Positions 1-11,390 are shown, numbered from the stretch's first letter. The stretch is DNA of 64,000 nt from Vicinamibacteria bacterium (GCA_963668695.2 CAXXLQ010000004.1:96001-160000); one strand, 5' to 3'. Notes: a model not told the origin generated them from the sequence alone. Program-made: numbers and translations.

Positions 1-12
1 TCATCGGCTTAG

Positions 13-715
13 TAGCCTGTGGATAGAGTGGCGTGAGCACCGAGACCGGCGAGGCCCAGTTCTCCCGGTGGGGCCAGTTCTCCCGGTGGGGGCCCGGCTG
101 ACAAGGCGCGCGAGGGAGGAGCCCCCACCGGGAGAACTGGCCCGAGGGTATTCCGACCGAAGCGTAACGATGAGCAAAGCGAAGCGGAGTGGTTCAGCCG
201 GGATGCATCGCCGGTCGCTTCCGGAGCGGGGCGCAAGCACCGCGGAGACCCCGGAGCGAGAGGGACGGGGGACGGGGACACCCGGCCCCCATCTCTCTTG
301 GCTCGGGCTTCCGGAGCGGGGCGCGAGCACCGCGGAGACCCCGGAGCGGAAGGGACGGGGGGCGGGGTCACCCGACCACCATCCCTCTTGGCTCGGGCTT
401 CCGGAGCGGGGCGCGAGCACCGCGGAGACCCCGGAGCGGAAGGGACGGGGGGCGGGGTCACCCGACCACCATCCCTTCTGGCTCGGGCTTCCGGAGCGGG
501 GCGCGAGCACCGCGGAGACCCCGGAGCGGAAGGGATGGGGGACGGGGACACCCGGCCCCCATCTCTCTTGGCTCGGGCTTCCGGAGCGGGGCTCGGGCTT
601 CCGGAGCGGGGCGCGAGCACCGCGGAGACCCCGGAGCGAGAGGGACGGGGGACGGGTCCACCCGGCCCCCATCCCTCTTGACTCGGGAATGCCGCGTGAC
701 TTTGTCCACAGGCGG
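13..715. mobile_element. MITE-like element (CAGCCTGTGG-type ends) carrying an internal 90-bp tandem array
   Basis: Left end ttag|TAGCCTGTGGATAGAG, right end CTTTGTCCACAGGCGG|ctca. Positions 13-212 closely match the copies at 37955-38151 and 62019-62269. Confidence 0.75.
218..690. repeat. Tandem array of about five 90-bp units
   Basis: CCGGAGCGGGGC recurs at 221, 311, 401, 491 and 581, then at 601 after a 20-bp duplication. Each unit has a GC-rich hairpin-like variable half. Confidence 0.9.
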
Positions 716-853
716 CTCACGCCCTCATGGTGTCAGAAGGCGGCAGTATCGCCAGCGCCGCAACCTCTTGAACGCGAATTCAGAAGATCCCCGCAATTCC
801 TTGAATTCGAGGTCAATTCCGAACCGGAGCGCCGGCGCCTCGTTGCCGGGGAT

Positions 854-1552
854 ATGCGCGTTCGTCTCCGACCCCTTCTCCTCTCCGGCGCTCTCCTCAC
901 CGCGTCGAACTCCGCCGCCTCGAACTCCGCCGCGGTTTCTCCCGGCCTCCTCCTTCCGCAGATCGAGTTGCCGGCGGTCGCTCGGACGGAGCCGCTCCAG
1001 GTGCGGTTCTATGACCCCTATCACCTGCTTTCCCGCGAGACCCGCGAACGGCTCCAGGAGGAGGTGGTCCTCGCTTTCGAGGCGAGCGAAATCGGACTCC
1101 GTTTCGTCGGCCGCGGAGGCCCGGGGGTGATTCCCGCAACCCTCTATCCCGAGCTCCCGGACCGCTGGGACGTTGCCCCCGAGGCGATCGGAGTAGCGAT
1201 CGGGGTGCAGGGGGAACGCCGGTCGATATTCCTGTCGCTCGGGGCCGCCGAGCGGGCGCTCGGTTTGCCCCTTGCCCGGCGCACCGAGTGGAACGGAAAG
1301 GGGAAGCGGGCAAAACGCCACCTGGCGGGCTCGCAGCCCCGCCGCCTCGGAATCGCCCTCGGCCGCGTCCTTGCCCACGAACTCACCCACACGATCGCCC
1401 CCGAATGCCCCCACACGAAGAGCGGTCTGATGGCAAAGCGGCTGAGCCGCAGAATGCTTACCGCTCCCGGAGTCCGGTTCGACGCCCAGGCGACCCGTCA
1501 CCTGCAGCAAAGGGTGGCGAATCTCCGCGCGAACGCTCCGGAGTCAGGCTGA
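854..1552 (+). CDS. Putative exported zinc metallopeptidase-like protein (HEXXH, metzincin-like)
   Basis: 3' part of ORF 68..1552 from ATG 854. Hydrophobic N-terminus; motif RVLAHELTHTIAPECPH...GLM. Confidence 0.6.
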   Translation: MRVRLRPLLLSGALLTASNSAASNSAAVSPGLLLPQIELPAVARTEPLQVRFYDPYHLLSRETRERLQEEVVLAFEASEIGLRFVGRGGPGVIPATLYPELPDRWDVAPEAIGVAIGVQGERRSIFLSLGAAERALGLPLARRTEWNGKGKRAKRHLAGSQPRRLGIALGRVLAHELTHTIAPECPHTKSGLMAKRLSRRMLTAPGVRFDAQATRHLQQRVANLRANAPESG

Positions 1553-1656
1553 TCCGGCTCCCGGAGAGGCCCGGGCCCGGCCCCCGGAGAAACCCGGACC
1601 CGGCCCCCCGTCGAATACGGAGAGGAGCGCCCGCCGGACCCGGTTAGAGTTTGCCT

Positions 1657-2862
1657 ATGCGGCGTCAGAGTCCGCACCGGCAGCGGATCCTCGTGCTCGC
1701 CGGCCTGGTGGCCGGCGCCCTCGGGGTCGCCCTGTTCCAGGGCGCGCTCACCATGCCGGAACGGGTGGAAGCGCTCTACACCACCGGTATCTATCCGCTG
1801 GTCGTCCGCGGGTTCTCCTTCCTCAGCGGCCTCGTTCCCTTCTCGCTGGCCGAACTGCTGATCGCGGCCGCCGCCTTGTTCGTGATCGCGCGCCTCACCT
1901 GGCGCCTCACCTCGCGCCTCACCTGGCGGTTGACCGGCCGCTTCCGACAAAACGCCGCGACCGGGGAATCGCCGCCGGCGCAAACCACGACTCTCCGCCG
2001 GCTGGCGCACACCGCGATCTTCGCGCTCGCCGGAGCCGGCGCCCTCTACGCCGTCTTCGTCGCGGTGTGGGGGCTGAACTACGCGCGGCCCCGCCTCGAA
2101 CACCGTCTGGGTCTCCCGATCGGCCAGATCGAGGAGCCGGAGCTCGTCCGCCTGGCCACCCGCGTCGCGGCCGACACCACCCGCCTCCACCGGCTCGCCG
2201 GCCTCCCGCTCCACGCGGTGTCGACGAATCCCCTCGACTTCGGCACCCTCAGCACCGCCATTGACGAGGCGTACGACGCCCTGCAGCTCCCGGGCGACCC
2301 CGGTCCGCGGAGGCTCAGCCCGGTCAAGCCGGCCGTCTTTTCGGGACTCCTGTCCCGCCTCGGCATCAGCGGCATCTTCGTCCCCTTCACCGGCGAGCCC
2401 ACCGTGAACACCGGCCCCCCGGACGTCGCCGTTGCGTTCACGGCCGCGCACGAGAAGGCGCACCAGCGGGCCATCACTCATGAGGGCGAAGCGAGTTTCG
2501 CCGCGTATCTGGCGCTGTCCCGACAGCGGCGGCAGCCTTACCTTTCCTACGCCGCTTCCTTCTTCGCCGCCAGGCATCTGCTCGCAGCCGTCAGACATGC
2601 CGGCACGGAGGACCGGGACCGCGCCTGGGCCGCCTTCGGACCCGGGCCACGGCGCGATCTGGACGCTCTCAACGCTTTCTGGGCCCAGCACCCGGGCATG
2701 GTTCGCGGCGCCGCCCAGCGGGTGAACGATTCCTACCTGCGCACCATGCGGATCCCCGACGGCGCCCGCAGTTACGGCACGGTGGTGCGCCTGCTGATCG
2801 CCGACCTGCGGCGGCGGCCGGCGCCTCCGGTCGGGATCACGACCGACGACAGCGAGGGCTGA
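1657..2862 (+). CDS. DUF3810 family membrane-anchored zincin-like protein
   Basis: N-terminal TM segments, WGLNYAR, GISGIFVPFTGE and AHEKAHQ...EGEASF motifs typical of DUF3810. Confidence 0.8.
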   Translation: MRRQSPHRQRILVLAGLVAGALGVALFQGALTMPERVEALYTTGIYPLVVRGFSFLSGLVPFSLAELLIAAAALFVIARLTWRLTSRLTWRLTGRFRQNAATGESPPAQTTTLRRLAHTAIFALAGAGALYAVFVAVWGLNYARPRLEHRLGLPIGQIEEPELVRLATRVAADTTRLHRLAGLPLHAVSTNPLDFGTLSTAIDEAYDALQLPGDPGPRRLSPVKPAVFSGLLSRLGISGIFVPFTGEPTVNTGPPDVAVAFTAAHEKAHQRAITHEGEASFAAYLALSRQRRQPYLSYAASFFAARHLLAAVRHAGTEDRDRAWAAFGPGPRRDLDALNAFWAQHPGMVRGAAQRVNDSYLRTMRIPDGARSYGTVVRLLIADLRRRPAPPVGITTDDSEG

Positions 2863-2878
2863 GGGCCGAAACCCCCAT

Positions 2879-2929
2879 CCGCGGGGGATTGGCCCGCGGG
2901 GGATTGGTCCGCGGGGGATTGGCCCGCGG
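2879..2929. repeat. 15-bp tandem repeat (CCGCGGGGGATTGGY x3) between convergent genes
   Basis: Read directly from the sequence. Confidence 0.8.
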
Positions 2930-2939
2930 ACCCCTGCCC

Positions 2940-4457
2940 TCAGTCGGCTGCGCCCACGGCTTCGTCCACCTCGGACTCGCCGGGGAACCGCAACGCGGTT
3001 TCGAAAAGCGTCCGCACGCCGAAACCGGTGGCGCCCTTCGGGTAGTACTTCCACGGCTTTTCCAGGATGAAGGGCCCGGCGATGTCGAGGTGGGCCCACT
3101 TGGCGCCTTCCGGAACGAACTCCTGGAGGAAGAGGGCGGCGGTGATCGCGCCCGCGTTGATGCCGCCGATGTTCTTGAGGTCCGCTGAGTCGCAGCGGAG
3201 TTCCTCGGCGTATTCCTTGACCAGCGGCAGCTCCCAGAACAACTCGCCGTGCGGCTCGCCCGCCTCGATCACGGCGCGCACCCACTCGGCGTCGTTCCCC
3301 ATGACTCCGGCGACCCCGGTGCCGAGCGCGCGCACGGCGGCTCCGGTCAGGGTCGCGACGTCCACGATGTGCGTTGCGCCCTCCTCTCCGGCGCGGGCCA
3401 GCGCATCGGTGAGCACGAGGCGGCCCTCGGCGTCGGTGTTGTCCACCATCACGGACTTGCCGTTGCGGGCGCGGAAGATGTCTCCCGGCCGCGTAGCCGA
3501 CGGTCCCGGATAGTTCTCGGCGGCCGCCACGATTCCGGTGATCGTCACCGGCACGCCCTCCCGGGCCACGGCCGACATGGCGGCGAGCACCGCGGCAGCC
3601 CCGGACATGTCGCCCTTCATGGTCCACATCCCGGAGGGCGGTTTGAGCGATATGCCGCCGGTGTCGAAGGTGATGCCCTTGCCCACGAGAGCGAGGTGGT
3701 CCCCGTTCTTCGGGGCGTCCGGCGGGCGGTGCCGGAGCACGATGAGGCACGGAGGCCGGTGGCTCCCCTGCCCGACGGAGATCAGCCCGGGATACCCCTC
3801 CTCCCGGAGCGCCTTCTCGTTCCAGACCTGGACCTCGAGTCCGGTTTCGGCCGCGATCCGATGGGCCTCGCGGGCCAGGGTTTCCGGAGTGACGGCTTCC
3901 GCCGGCTCGTTGATGAGATCCCGGGCGCGGTTCACTTCGGAAGCGAGCCGCACGGAGCGGGCGACCCCCTCCCGGGCCTCTTCGAGGGCTTCCTCGGCGA
4001 CCACGATCCGCACCCTCGGAGATGCCGGGTCGCCGGGATCCTTGAGGTACCGCGCGAAGCGGTACGCGCCGAGGGTGGCGCCTTCCGCCACCGCTCCCGC
4101 GAAGGCGAGACCATCACGGCCCTGGAGCGAGAAGACCACTTCCCCGTGATGGAAGTCGCGGGCGTGCCGGAGGGCGCGCGCCGCCAGAATGCGAACTCCG
4201 TCGGACACCGGATAGTTGCTGGTGGCCCGGGTGTGGAGCGCCAGAGTCGAGGCGCTCCGCGGCCCGCCATGCCCCGCCACCGCTCTTTTGACCTTCGGGT
4301 CCCCGAAGATCCTCGCGGCGTTCGTCAGGAAATCGTTTTCCCATCCCGCCTTCGGGGCGGCGAAGTCGTGGACGTCATCAAGGAGATACGCGACCAGCGA
4401 ACCTCCCCGGGCGGAGGCGTCCGCCGAAACCTGAACCTGCGGTGTCTCAGTCCTCAT
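2940..4457 (-). CDS. pepA: Leucyl aminopeptidase (M17 family)
   Basis: [32 protein letters not shown] and HLDIAG motifs. Start overlaps the acs stop. Confidence 0.93.
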   Translation of the reverse strand: MRTETPQVQVSADASARGGSLVAYLLDDVHDFAAPKAGWENDFLTNAARIFGDPKVKRAVAGHGGPRSASTLALHTRATSNYPVSDGVRILAARALRHARDFHHGEVVFSLQGRDGLAFAGAVAEGATLGAYRFARYLKDPGDPASPRVRIVVAEEALEEAREGVARSVRLASEVNRARDLINEPAEAVTPETLAREAHRIAAETGLEVQVWNEKALREEGYPGLISVGQGSHRPPCLIVLRHRPPDAPKNGDHLALVGKGITFDTGGISLKPPSGMWTMKGDMSGAAAVLAAMSAVAREGVPVTITGIVAAAENYPGPSATRPGDIFRARNGKSVMVDNTDAEGRLVLTDALARAGEEGATHIVDVATLTGAAVRALGTGVAGVMGNDAEWVRAVIEAGEPHGELFWELPLVKEYAEELRCDSADLKNIGGINAGAITAALFLQEFVPEGAKWAHLDIAGPFILEKPWKYYPKGATGFGVRTLFETALRFPGESEVDEAVGAAD

Positions 4458-6411
4458 CGCCGTACTCCTCCCTGAGCTTCTGCACCACCGCCGGATCGGC
4501 CAGCGTGGTGGTATCGCCGATCGCCTTGCCCGCCGCGATGTCCCGGAGCAGGCGCCGCATGATCTTTCCGGACCGCGTCTTGGGCACGTCCGCCGCCAAC
4601 ACGATGTCGTCGGGGCGGGCGATGGGTCCGATCGCCTGGACGACGTGCGCCTTCAGTTCGGCGATGAGGCCGTCATGCACCGTGGCGCTCTCCCGGAGGA
4701 CGACGAAGGCGGCGATCCCCTCTCCCTTGATCTCGTGTGGACGACCGACCACCGCCGCTTCCGCGACGGCCTCGTGTTCCACCAGGGCGCTCTCGATTTC
4801 CGCGGCCCCCAGACGGTGGCCGGAGACGTTCAGCACGTCGTCCACCCGGCCCATGAACCAGTAGTAGCCGTCCTCGTCGCGCCGGGCGCCATCCGCCGGG
4901 AAGTAGATGTCCTTCCACTGGCTCCAGTAGGTCTCCCGGAAACGCTTCTCGTCGCCCCAGATGCCGCGCAGCATGGAGGGCCAGGGCCGGGTGATGGCGA
5001 GCAGCCCGCCGCCGACCTCGACCCGCTCTCCCCGGCGGTCCAGGATGTCGAGGGAGATCCCCGGAAAGGCGCGGGTCGCGGATCCAGGCTTCAGAGTGGT
5101 CACCCCGGGGAGCGGGGTCGCCATGATGGCTCCCGTTTCGGTCTGCCACCAGGTGTCCACCACCGGGCAGCGCCCGCCCCCGATCTCCCGGTGGTACCAG
5201 ACCCAGGCCTCGGGGTTGATGGGCTCTCCCACCGTTCCCAGGAGGCGCAGCGAGCTCAGGTCGTGGGAGGCCGGATGTTCGGCTCCCCACTTCATGAAGG
5301 CGCGGATGGCCGTCGGCGCGGTGTAGAGGCAGGTCACCCCATGGCGCTCCACGATGGACCAGATCCGGGCGCGGTTCGGAAAGTCGGGCGCACCCTCGTA
5401 CATGACCTGGGTGACCCCGAGCGCGAGCGGGCCATAGACGATGTAGGAGTGGCCGGTCACCCAGCCGATGTCCGCCGCCGCCCACCAGACGTCGGAGTCC
5501 TTCAGGTCGAAGACGGCGCGCGCGGTGGCGGTGACCGAAGTGAGGTAGCCGCCGGTGGTGTGCACGATCCCCTTGGGCTTCCCGGTGGTGCCCGAGGTAT
5601 AGAGGATGTAGAGGATGTCCTCGGCGTCCATTTCCTCGGGCTCGGCCGTGTCGGGAACGCCCTCCACGAGATCCGCCCAGTCGTGGTCCCGGCCGGCCCG
5701 CATCCCGACCTGCTGGCCGGTGCGGCGCACCATCACCACTCCGGTGATGGACGGCGTATCCTCAAGAGCTTCGTCGGCAATGTCCTTCAGCGGCACGATC
5801 CCGCCGCGCCGGTAGCCGCCGTCGGCGGTGATCAGCACCTTGGCCTCGGCGTCGTTGATCCGGTCGCGGAGCGACTGCGCGGAAAAGCCGGCGAAGACCA
5901 CGCTGTGGGGCGCCCCGATCCGGGCGCAGGCGAGCATCGCGACCGGAAGCTCCGGGATCATCGGCAGGTAGATCGCCACCCGGTCGCCCTTTTGGACCCC
6001 GAGGCCGCGCAGAACGTTGGTGAAGCGGCAGACCTCCCGGTGGAGGTCGGCGTAGGTCAGGGTCTTCCGGTCCCCCGGCTCGCCTTCCCAGAGGATCGCC
6101 GGACGATCCCCGCGCCCCTGCGCCAGGTGCCGGTCCAGGCAGTTGACGCTCGCGTTCAGCTTTCCGCCGACGAACCAGCGGGCGAAGGGCGGCTTCCAGT
6201 CGAGGACCTGGTCCCACCGGCGGGTCCAGTCGAGCCGCTCCGCCTGGGCAGCCCAAAACGCTTCCGGATCGGCCTCCGCCTCCCGGTAGATGGACTCGTC
6301 CCGGACCCACGCCTGGTTCCGGAAGTCCTCCGGGGGCGGATAGACGCGCTGCTCATCGAGCAGCACCTCTATTTCCTGTTCTGGAACTTCCTGTTTGGGT
6401 TGCTCGGCCAT
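4447..6411 (-). CDS. acs: Acetyl-CoA synthetase (AMP-forming)
   Basis: [25 protein letters not shown] and [11 protein letters not shown] motifs. ATG 6411 has TACAAT 6 nt upstream; the upstream extension of the ORF is a shadow of trkH. Confidence 0.95.
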   Translation of the reverse strand: MAEQPKQEVPEQEIEVLLDEQRVYPPPEDFRNQAWVRDESIYREAEADPEAFWAAQAERLDWTRRWDQVLDWKPPFARWFVGGKLNASVNCLDRHLAQGRGDRPAILWEGEPGDRKTLTYADLHREVCRFTNVLRGLGVQKGDRVAIYLPMIPELPVAMLACARIGAPHSVVFAGFSAQSLRDRINDAEAKVLITADGGYRRGGIVPLKDIADEALEDTPSITGVVMVRRTGQQVGMRAGRDHDWADLVEGVPDTAEPEEMDAEDILYILYTSGTTGKPKGIVHTTGGYLTSVTATARAVFDLKDSDVWWAAADIGWVTGHSYIVYGPLALGVTQVMYEGAPDFPNRARIWSIVERHGVTCLYTAPTAIRAFMKWGAEHPASHDLSSLRLLGTVGEPINPEAWVWYHREIGGGRCPVVDTWWQTETGAIMATPLPGVTTLKPGSATRAFPGISLDILDRRGERVEVGGGLLAITRPWPSMLRGIWGDEKRFRETYWSQWKDIYFPADGARRDEDGYYWFMGRVDDVLNVSGHRLGAAEIESALVEHEAVAEAAVVGRPHEIKGEGIAAFVVLRESATVHDGLIAELKAHVVQAIGPIARPDDIVLAADVPKTRSGKIMRRLLRDIAAGKAIGDTTTLADPAVVQKLREEYGDED

Positions 6412-6494
6412 CGGGCGATTGTAGGAGGGTTGCGGCGGGAGCGGAACGCCGGGGTTTTCCGGGGTCGCAGCGGAATTTGGCCCCTCGGGACCGC

Positions 6495-8036
6495 TTAGAA
6501 GAGCGCGCGGCGGACGCGGCGACGGGCGGAGTGGATGGGACCGAGGAGAAGGACGGCCACCGTAACGATTTCGAGACGGCCGGCGATCATGAGGGCGGCC
6601 AACAGGAGCTTGGCCGGCTCGGGAAGGAACGCGTAGCTGGCGGCAGGTCCTACGGCGCCGAACCCCGGACCGACGTTCGTCACGGCGGCGGCGGCGGCGC
6701 TGAAGGCAGTCAGCAGATCCACCCCCATCGCCGCGATCGCCAGCGCGCCGGCGACGGTGAGGCCGATGAACAGCAGCACGACCTCGCCGATCGTCGAACT
6801 GAGCAGCAGGGAGACCGGACTCCGGCCAACGTAGACCCGCAGTTCGGTGTGAGGCTGAATGGCCACCCGCAAAGCGAGCGGCACTTTCCGGAACAGGATC
6901 ACCCAGCGGAGGATCTTGATGGAACCGGCGGTCGAGCCGGCGCAGCCGCCCGCGAACATGAGGACAAGCAGCAGCATTCGCGAAAAGTCCGGCCACTGGT
7001 TGTAATCCACGACGGAGTAACCGGTCGTGGTGATGATCGCGACCGCCGTGAACGCCGCCTGGCGCAGGCCGTCCATGGAACCCTGCCCTATCAGATAGAG
7101 ACTGAGGAACAAGAGCCCGGTGCTGACCGCCACCACCCCGATGTAGAGACGCAGTTCCGGATCCGAGAAGTAGCTGGCGGCCGGGGCCGCGGTCGCCTGC
7201 CGCCCGCGGCGGCCCCGGACCCGCCGCCAGAGCCGGGTCAAGCCGGCGACGACGCGCTTCACTTCGTAGATATGGATGGCGAAGCGCATGCCGCCGATCA
7301 CCATGAAGGCGATGATGACCCACTGCACAACCGGCTCGAACGCCCCGACGCTTGCGTTCCGGGTGGAAAACCCGCCGGTCGCCAGGGTGGTGAGCGCATG
7401 GCAGATCGCGTCGAAGGCGGGCACCTCGAGGAACAGGAGCACCGCGATGAGGATCGCAGTGAGCACGGTCCCGACGATCACCGCGTCCCGCGCCGTTTCG
7501 TTGAGGTGGGGCTCGGTCTTTTCCGGGGTCGGTCCGGGCACCTCCGCGGACAGCACGTCCAACCCCCACTGGCGGCGGCCCAGCAGCCAGACGAAGATGA
7601 TGATGATCCCGAGCCCGCCGAGCCACTGGGTCAGGGCTCTCCAGAGCAGTAGCGAGCGCGGAAGCGACTCCACTTCCGTGAAGATGCTGGCTCCGGTGGT
7701 CGAGAAGCCGGACGCCGATTCGAAGATGCCGTTCACCACGAAGCCGGGGCCGAACTCCGCGATGTACGGCAGGGCCCCGAACACCGTGGCCAGGCACCAC
7801 GCCAGCACTACGAAGAGATAGGAGCGACCGCCGCCCTTGGAGGGCCCGGATCGTCCGACGAGGGGGGCGAAGCGGCGGCTGAAGGCCCCGATCGCTAGCC
7901 CCAGCGCGGCGGGAGCGGCGAAGGCCAGCCAGGCCGGCTCTCCGAGGACGAGCGCGACGGCCAGGGGAATGAGCAGCGCCAACCCCAGCGCCTCGGCCAT
8001 CCGCCCGAGCAGCGCGATCGTCTCCGTGCGGTTCAC
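6495..8036 (-). CDS. trkH: TrkH/Ktr potassium uptake membrane subunit (copy 1)
   Basis: [51 protein letters not shown] and GRLE motifs. Confidence 0.92.
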   Translation of the reverse strand: MNRTETIALLGRMAEALGLALLIPLAVALVLGEPAWLAFAAPAALGLAIGAFSRRFAPLVGRSGPSKGGGRSYLFVVLAWCLATVFGALPYIAEFGPGFVVNGIFESASGFSTTGASIFTEVESLPRSLLLWRALTQWLGGLGIIIIFVWLLGRRQWGLDVLSAEVPGPTPEKTEPHLNETARDAVIVGTVLTAILIAVLLFLEVPAFDAICHALTTLATGGFSTRNASVGAFEPVVQWVIIAFMVIGGMRFAIHIYEVKRVVAGLTRLWRRVRGRRGRQATAAPAASYFSDPELRLYIGVVAVSTGLLFLSLYLIGQGSMDGLRQAAFTAVAIITTTGYSVVDYNQWPDFSRMLLLVLMFAGGCAGSTAGSIKILRWVILFRKVPLALRVAIQPHTELRVYVGRSPVSLLLSSTIGEVVLLFIGLTVAGALAIAAMGVDLLTAFSAAAAAVTNVGPGFGAVGPAASYAFLPEPAKLLLAALMIAGRLEIVTVAVLLLGPIHSARRRVRRALF

Positions 8037-8171
8037 GGGAGCTCCGAAAGGACCGGCATCATTCGCTGCGGCCGTTGTGGCGGCCGGCCGCGGAACGATT
8101 CTAGTACGCGAATAACACTGGCCCGCTCTCCTTTTCGTGACGGGCCGCGGCGGGAGGTCGGCCCGCAGCGC

Positions 8172-9713
8172 TCAGCAGAGCAGGTCGCGAACGCGGCGGC
8201 GGGCGGAGCCAATCGGGCCCAGGAGAAGGACCGCCACCGTGACGATTTCGAGGCGGCCGGCGATCATCAGGGCGGCCAGCAGCAGTTTCGCGGTAGCGGG
8301 AAGGAAGGCGTAGTTGGCCGCGGGTCCCACTCCTCCCAGGCCGGGACCCACGTTCGTCGCGCTGGCCGCGGCGGCGCTGAAGGCGGTGAGCGGTTCGACT
8401 CCCATGGCGACGATCGCCAGCCCTACGGCCATGGTGACCCCGACGAACAGCAGCACGAACTCTCCGATGGTCGAACTCACCGACCAGGAGACCGGCCGGC
8501 CGCCGAGGTGGACGCGCAGCTCCGTATGCGGCTGGGTCGCCATCCGGAGCGTCAGCGGCATCTTGCGGAGCAGGATCACCCAGCGGAGCACCTTGATGGA
8601 TCCGGCCGTGGAGCCCACACACCCCCCCACGAACATGCAGAGCAGCAGCAGCGTTCGCGAAAAATCCGGCCAGCCGTCGAAGTCCGCGGTTGCGAAACCG
8701 GTCGTGGTGATGATCGAGACCGCCTGGAACGCCGCGTGCCGGAGGCCGTCCATGGACCCCTGCCCCACCTGCTGGAGGCTGAGGAACAAGAGTCCGGTGG
8801 CGACCACCACCACCCCGATATAGAGGCGCAGTTCCGGATCTCCGAAGTAGCTGGCGAGCGGCGAGGTGGGGACGTGACGCCAGCGACGCTCCCTCAGAGC
8901 CCGCCAGAGCCGGGTCAGGCGCGCCGAGAGGCGCTTCACTTCATAGATGTGGATGGCGAAGCGAACCCCGGCGAGCAGCATGAAGGCCGTGATGACCCAC
9001 TGCACCGCCGGGGCAAAATCGGCGAGTCCGGCGTTTCGCGTGGAAAACCCGCCGGTCGCGAGGGTGGCCAGCGCGTGGCAAACCGCATCGAAGAGGGGCA
9101 CCTCAAGGAAGAGGAGCAAACCCACGAGCGCCGCGGTCAGCACCGTTCCCACGATCACGGTGTCCCGGGCGGTCTCGCTGATCTTGGGCTCGGTTTTCTC
9201 CGGGGAGGGGCCAGGCGCCTCCGCCGACAGCACGTCCACCCCCCACTGGCGGCGGCCGAGCAGCCAGACGAACAGGATGACGATCCCGAGTCCCCCGAGC
9301 CACTGGGTGAGGGCCCGCCAGAGCAGCAGCGAGCGGGGAAGCGATTCCACGTCCGTGAAGATGCTGGCTCCCGTCGTGGAAAAACCGGAGGCCGATTCGA
9401 ACAGGCCGTCCACCGCGAAACCCGGGCCGAACAGCGCGATATACGGCAGGGCCCCGAACACCGCGGCCAGACACCAGGCGAGCACCACGAAGAGATAGGC
9501 GCGCGTGCCTCCCGCGGAGGGACTGGGACTTCCGACGACGGGCGCGAAACGCCGGCTGAGGCCAGAGATCGCGAGTCCCAGCGCCGCGGGAGCGGCGAAG
9601 GCCAGCCAGGCCGATTCGCCGAGGGCGAGCGCGACCCCCAGGGGAATGAGCAGCGCCACTCCCAGCGTCCCCGCCAGCCGGCCCAGGAGCGCGAGGGTTT
9701 CGCCGCGGGTCAC
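8172..9713 (-). CDS. trkH: TrkH/Ktr potassium uptake membrane subunit (copy 2)
   Basis: Same motifs as copy 1, also 513 aa; clear tandem paralog. Confidence 0.92.
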   Translation of the reverse strand: MTRGETLALLGRLAGTLGVALLIPLGVALALGESAWLAFAAPAALGLAISGLSRRFAPVVGSPSPSAGGTRAYLFVVLAWCLAAVFGALPYIALFGPGFAVDGLFESASGFSTTGASIFTDVESLPRSLLLWRALTQWLGGLGIVILFVWLLGRRQWGVDVLSAEAPGPSPEKTEPKISETARDTVIVGTVLTAALVGLLLFLEVPLFDAVCHALATLATGGFSTRNAGLADFAPAVQWVITAFMLLAGVRFAIHIYEVKRLSARLTRLWRALRERRWRHVPTSPLASYFGDPELRLYIGVVVVATGLLFLSLQQVGQGSMDGLRHAAFQAVSIITTTGFATADFDGWPDFSRTLLLLCMFVGGCVGSTAGSIKVLRWVILLRKMPLTLRMATQPHTELRVHLGGRPVSWSVSSTIGEFVLLFVGVTMAVGLAIVAMGVEPLTAFSAAAASATNVGPGLGGVGPAANYAFLPATAKLLLAALMIAGRLEIVTVAVLLLGPIGSARRRVRDLLC

Positions 9714-9746
9714 GGGCGTTTCACGGGCGTTGCGGGAGGACCGTCT

Positions 9747-11123
9747 TCATTCGTTCCGGCGCCCGAACAGCTCTTCGAGTTCCGAAAGCAGGGATTCCGG
9801 CTCGCCGGATCTGCCGGCGGCGTCGCGGCTCATGAAGAGGGCCACGCGATCTCCGGGAACGAACTCGGTGTCGCCGTTCGGCACGAAGGGCGCCGACCGG
9901 GCGCGAACCACCTCGCCGACGATGCAGGTGTGGGGAACCCCGAGCTTCCGGAGCGGCGCCCGGGTGGCGGGGCTCCCCTCGGCGACCTCGAATTCCACGA
10001 GCTCGCCGCCGCCCTCCACGAAATCGAGCCGGACCATCGCGCGGGTGTGCAGGAGCTTCAGGAGAGCTCCCGCGGAGATCACTCCCGGGGAAATCGGATG
10101 GTCCACCCCGAGATGCCGCATCGCCTCGTGGAGGTCGTCCCGGTTGTAGAGGGCGACGGTCCGCCGCGCGCCCGCCTTCTTCGCGAGGTGTGCCGCCATC
10201 AGGTTCACTTCGTCGGCGTCGGTGGCGGCCACGAAGAAATCCGCATCCCCGACTCCCGCTTCCTGCAGAATGTCCTCATCCGTCGCGTCCCCGACGATCG
10301 TGTGAGCCGCCAAGGGGAACCCGGAAGTCGGATGCCGGCGGATGGCGGTGAGGTCCACATCGTCATCAAGCAGGAGTTCTCCCAGGCGCTGGCCGACCTG
10401 TCCGAGCCCTGCAATCACCACCCGCCGGGCCGGCCGCTGGCTCACCCCGATGGTCTTCAGAAAGTTCCGCGCTTCGCTGGCGGGCCCGACGGCGAAGATC
10501 TCGTCGCCCTGCTGGACCCGGGTCCGGCCGCGCGGGATCTCGAGAGGCCCGCCGCCCTTGCGGAGGATCCCGGTCAGGATCCAGCCGCGAGGCGCGGTAT
10601 CGATCTCCTCGAGCGGCCGGTCGAACGCCGCCGGCGGCTGCGGCGCCGCGCGCAGCAGCACGAGCACCCCTTCCCCGAAGGAACGGACGGAGCGCGCCCC
10701 CGGATAGCGGAGGATTCCGTGGATCTCCTCCGCAACCAGTTCCTCCGGAAAGATCGTCTCGATCGCGTCGCGCCGGCCCTCCTCGGCGAGCAACGGATTC
10801 TGCCGGTGTCTTTGATCGCTCAGGCGGACAACGGCGCGGTGCACGCCGATTGCCGGATCGGTTGCGGTCAGCGCCGCGAGCATGTTCGTGGCGTCATCGT
10901 TCGTGAGCGCAAACAAGGCGTCGGCGCCCGCGCAGTGCTGGGTGAGGACCGCCGGAACGCGGGCGTCACCCTCCGCGATCCCGATGTCGTATTTCCGTTG
11001 CAGATGAATGCGGGTCTCGGGATTCCGCTCGACCAGCGTGATGTCGTGCTGCTCGGGAAGCCGGCTCAACTGCCGGATGAGGTGCTCGCCCATGCGGCCC
11101 GCACCCAAGACGACGAGACGCAT
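9747..11123 (-). CDS. trkA: Trk potassium uptake NAD-binding subunit (two RCK units)
   Basis: MRLVVLGAGRMG and VVIAGLGQVG Rossmann motifs plus TrkA-C-like segments; directly upstream of the two trkH genes. Confidence 0.88.
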   Translation of the reverse strand: MRLVVLGAGRMGEHLIRQLSRLPEQHDITLVERNPETRIHLQRKYDIGIAEGDARVPAVLTQHCAGADALFALTNDDATNMLAALTATDPAIGVHRAVVRLSDQRHRQNPLLAEEGRRDAIETIFPEELVAEEIHGILRYPGARSVRSFGEGVLVLLRAAPQPPAAFDRPLEEIDTAPRGWILTGILRKGGGPLEIPRGRTRVQQGDEIFAVGPASEARNFLKTIGVSQRPARRVVIAGLGQVGQRLGELLLDDDVDLTAIRRHPTSGFPLAAHTIVGDATDEDILQEAGVGDADFFVAATDADEVNLMAAHLAKKAGARRTVALYNRDDLHEAMRHLGVDHPISPGVISAGALLKLLHTRAMVRLDFVEGGGELVEFEVAEGSPATRAPLRKLGVPHTCIVGEVVRARSAPFVPNGDTEFVPGDRVALFMSRDAAGRSGEPESLLSELEELFGRRNE

Positions 11124-11129
11124 TCTTAA

Positions 11130-11386
11130 CAGCCCGTGGAAAAAGCACCCCGCACGATTTCCGGAACGGTACGTGCGGCGATTCCGGCGATTTGTGCGCG
11201 TGCGGGGCGCTTTCCCCACGGGGTGATGGCGCGAATCGCTGCGCGATTCGCACCATCGTCTTTCGTGGGGAGGGGAATCCCCTCCCCACACCCCTCGCCC
11301 GCGGCGCTGCGCGCCGCAACCCCACACCCCTCCCCCGCGGCGCTGCGCGCCGCAAATGGATCGGACCAGAGTTTCGCCACAGCCTG
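11130..11386. mobile_element. MITE-like element with the same end type but a different interior
   Basis: TTAA|CAGCCCGTGGAAAAAG...TTTCGCCACAGCCTG|TTAA. Internal palindromes GCGAATCGCTGCGCGATTCGC and GTGGGGAGGGGAATCCCCTCCCCAC. Confidence 0.7.
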
Positions 11387-11390
11387 TTAA

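Noticed and set aside
218-690. CRISPR array in the 90-bp repeats
   Set aside because: The variable parts are two related hairpin variants, not unique spacers, and the array lies within a MITE.
1-853. ORFs in several frames over the first MITE and array
   Set aside because: They are translations of stop-poor GC-rich repeats; the same peptides ([14 protein letters not shown]) recur wherever the MITE occurs.
6412-7800. N-terminal 463-aa extension of Acs (1117-aa ORF)
   Set aside because: It is an alternative frame over trkH; Acs homology starts at ATG 6411.
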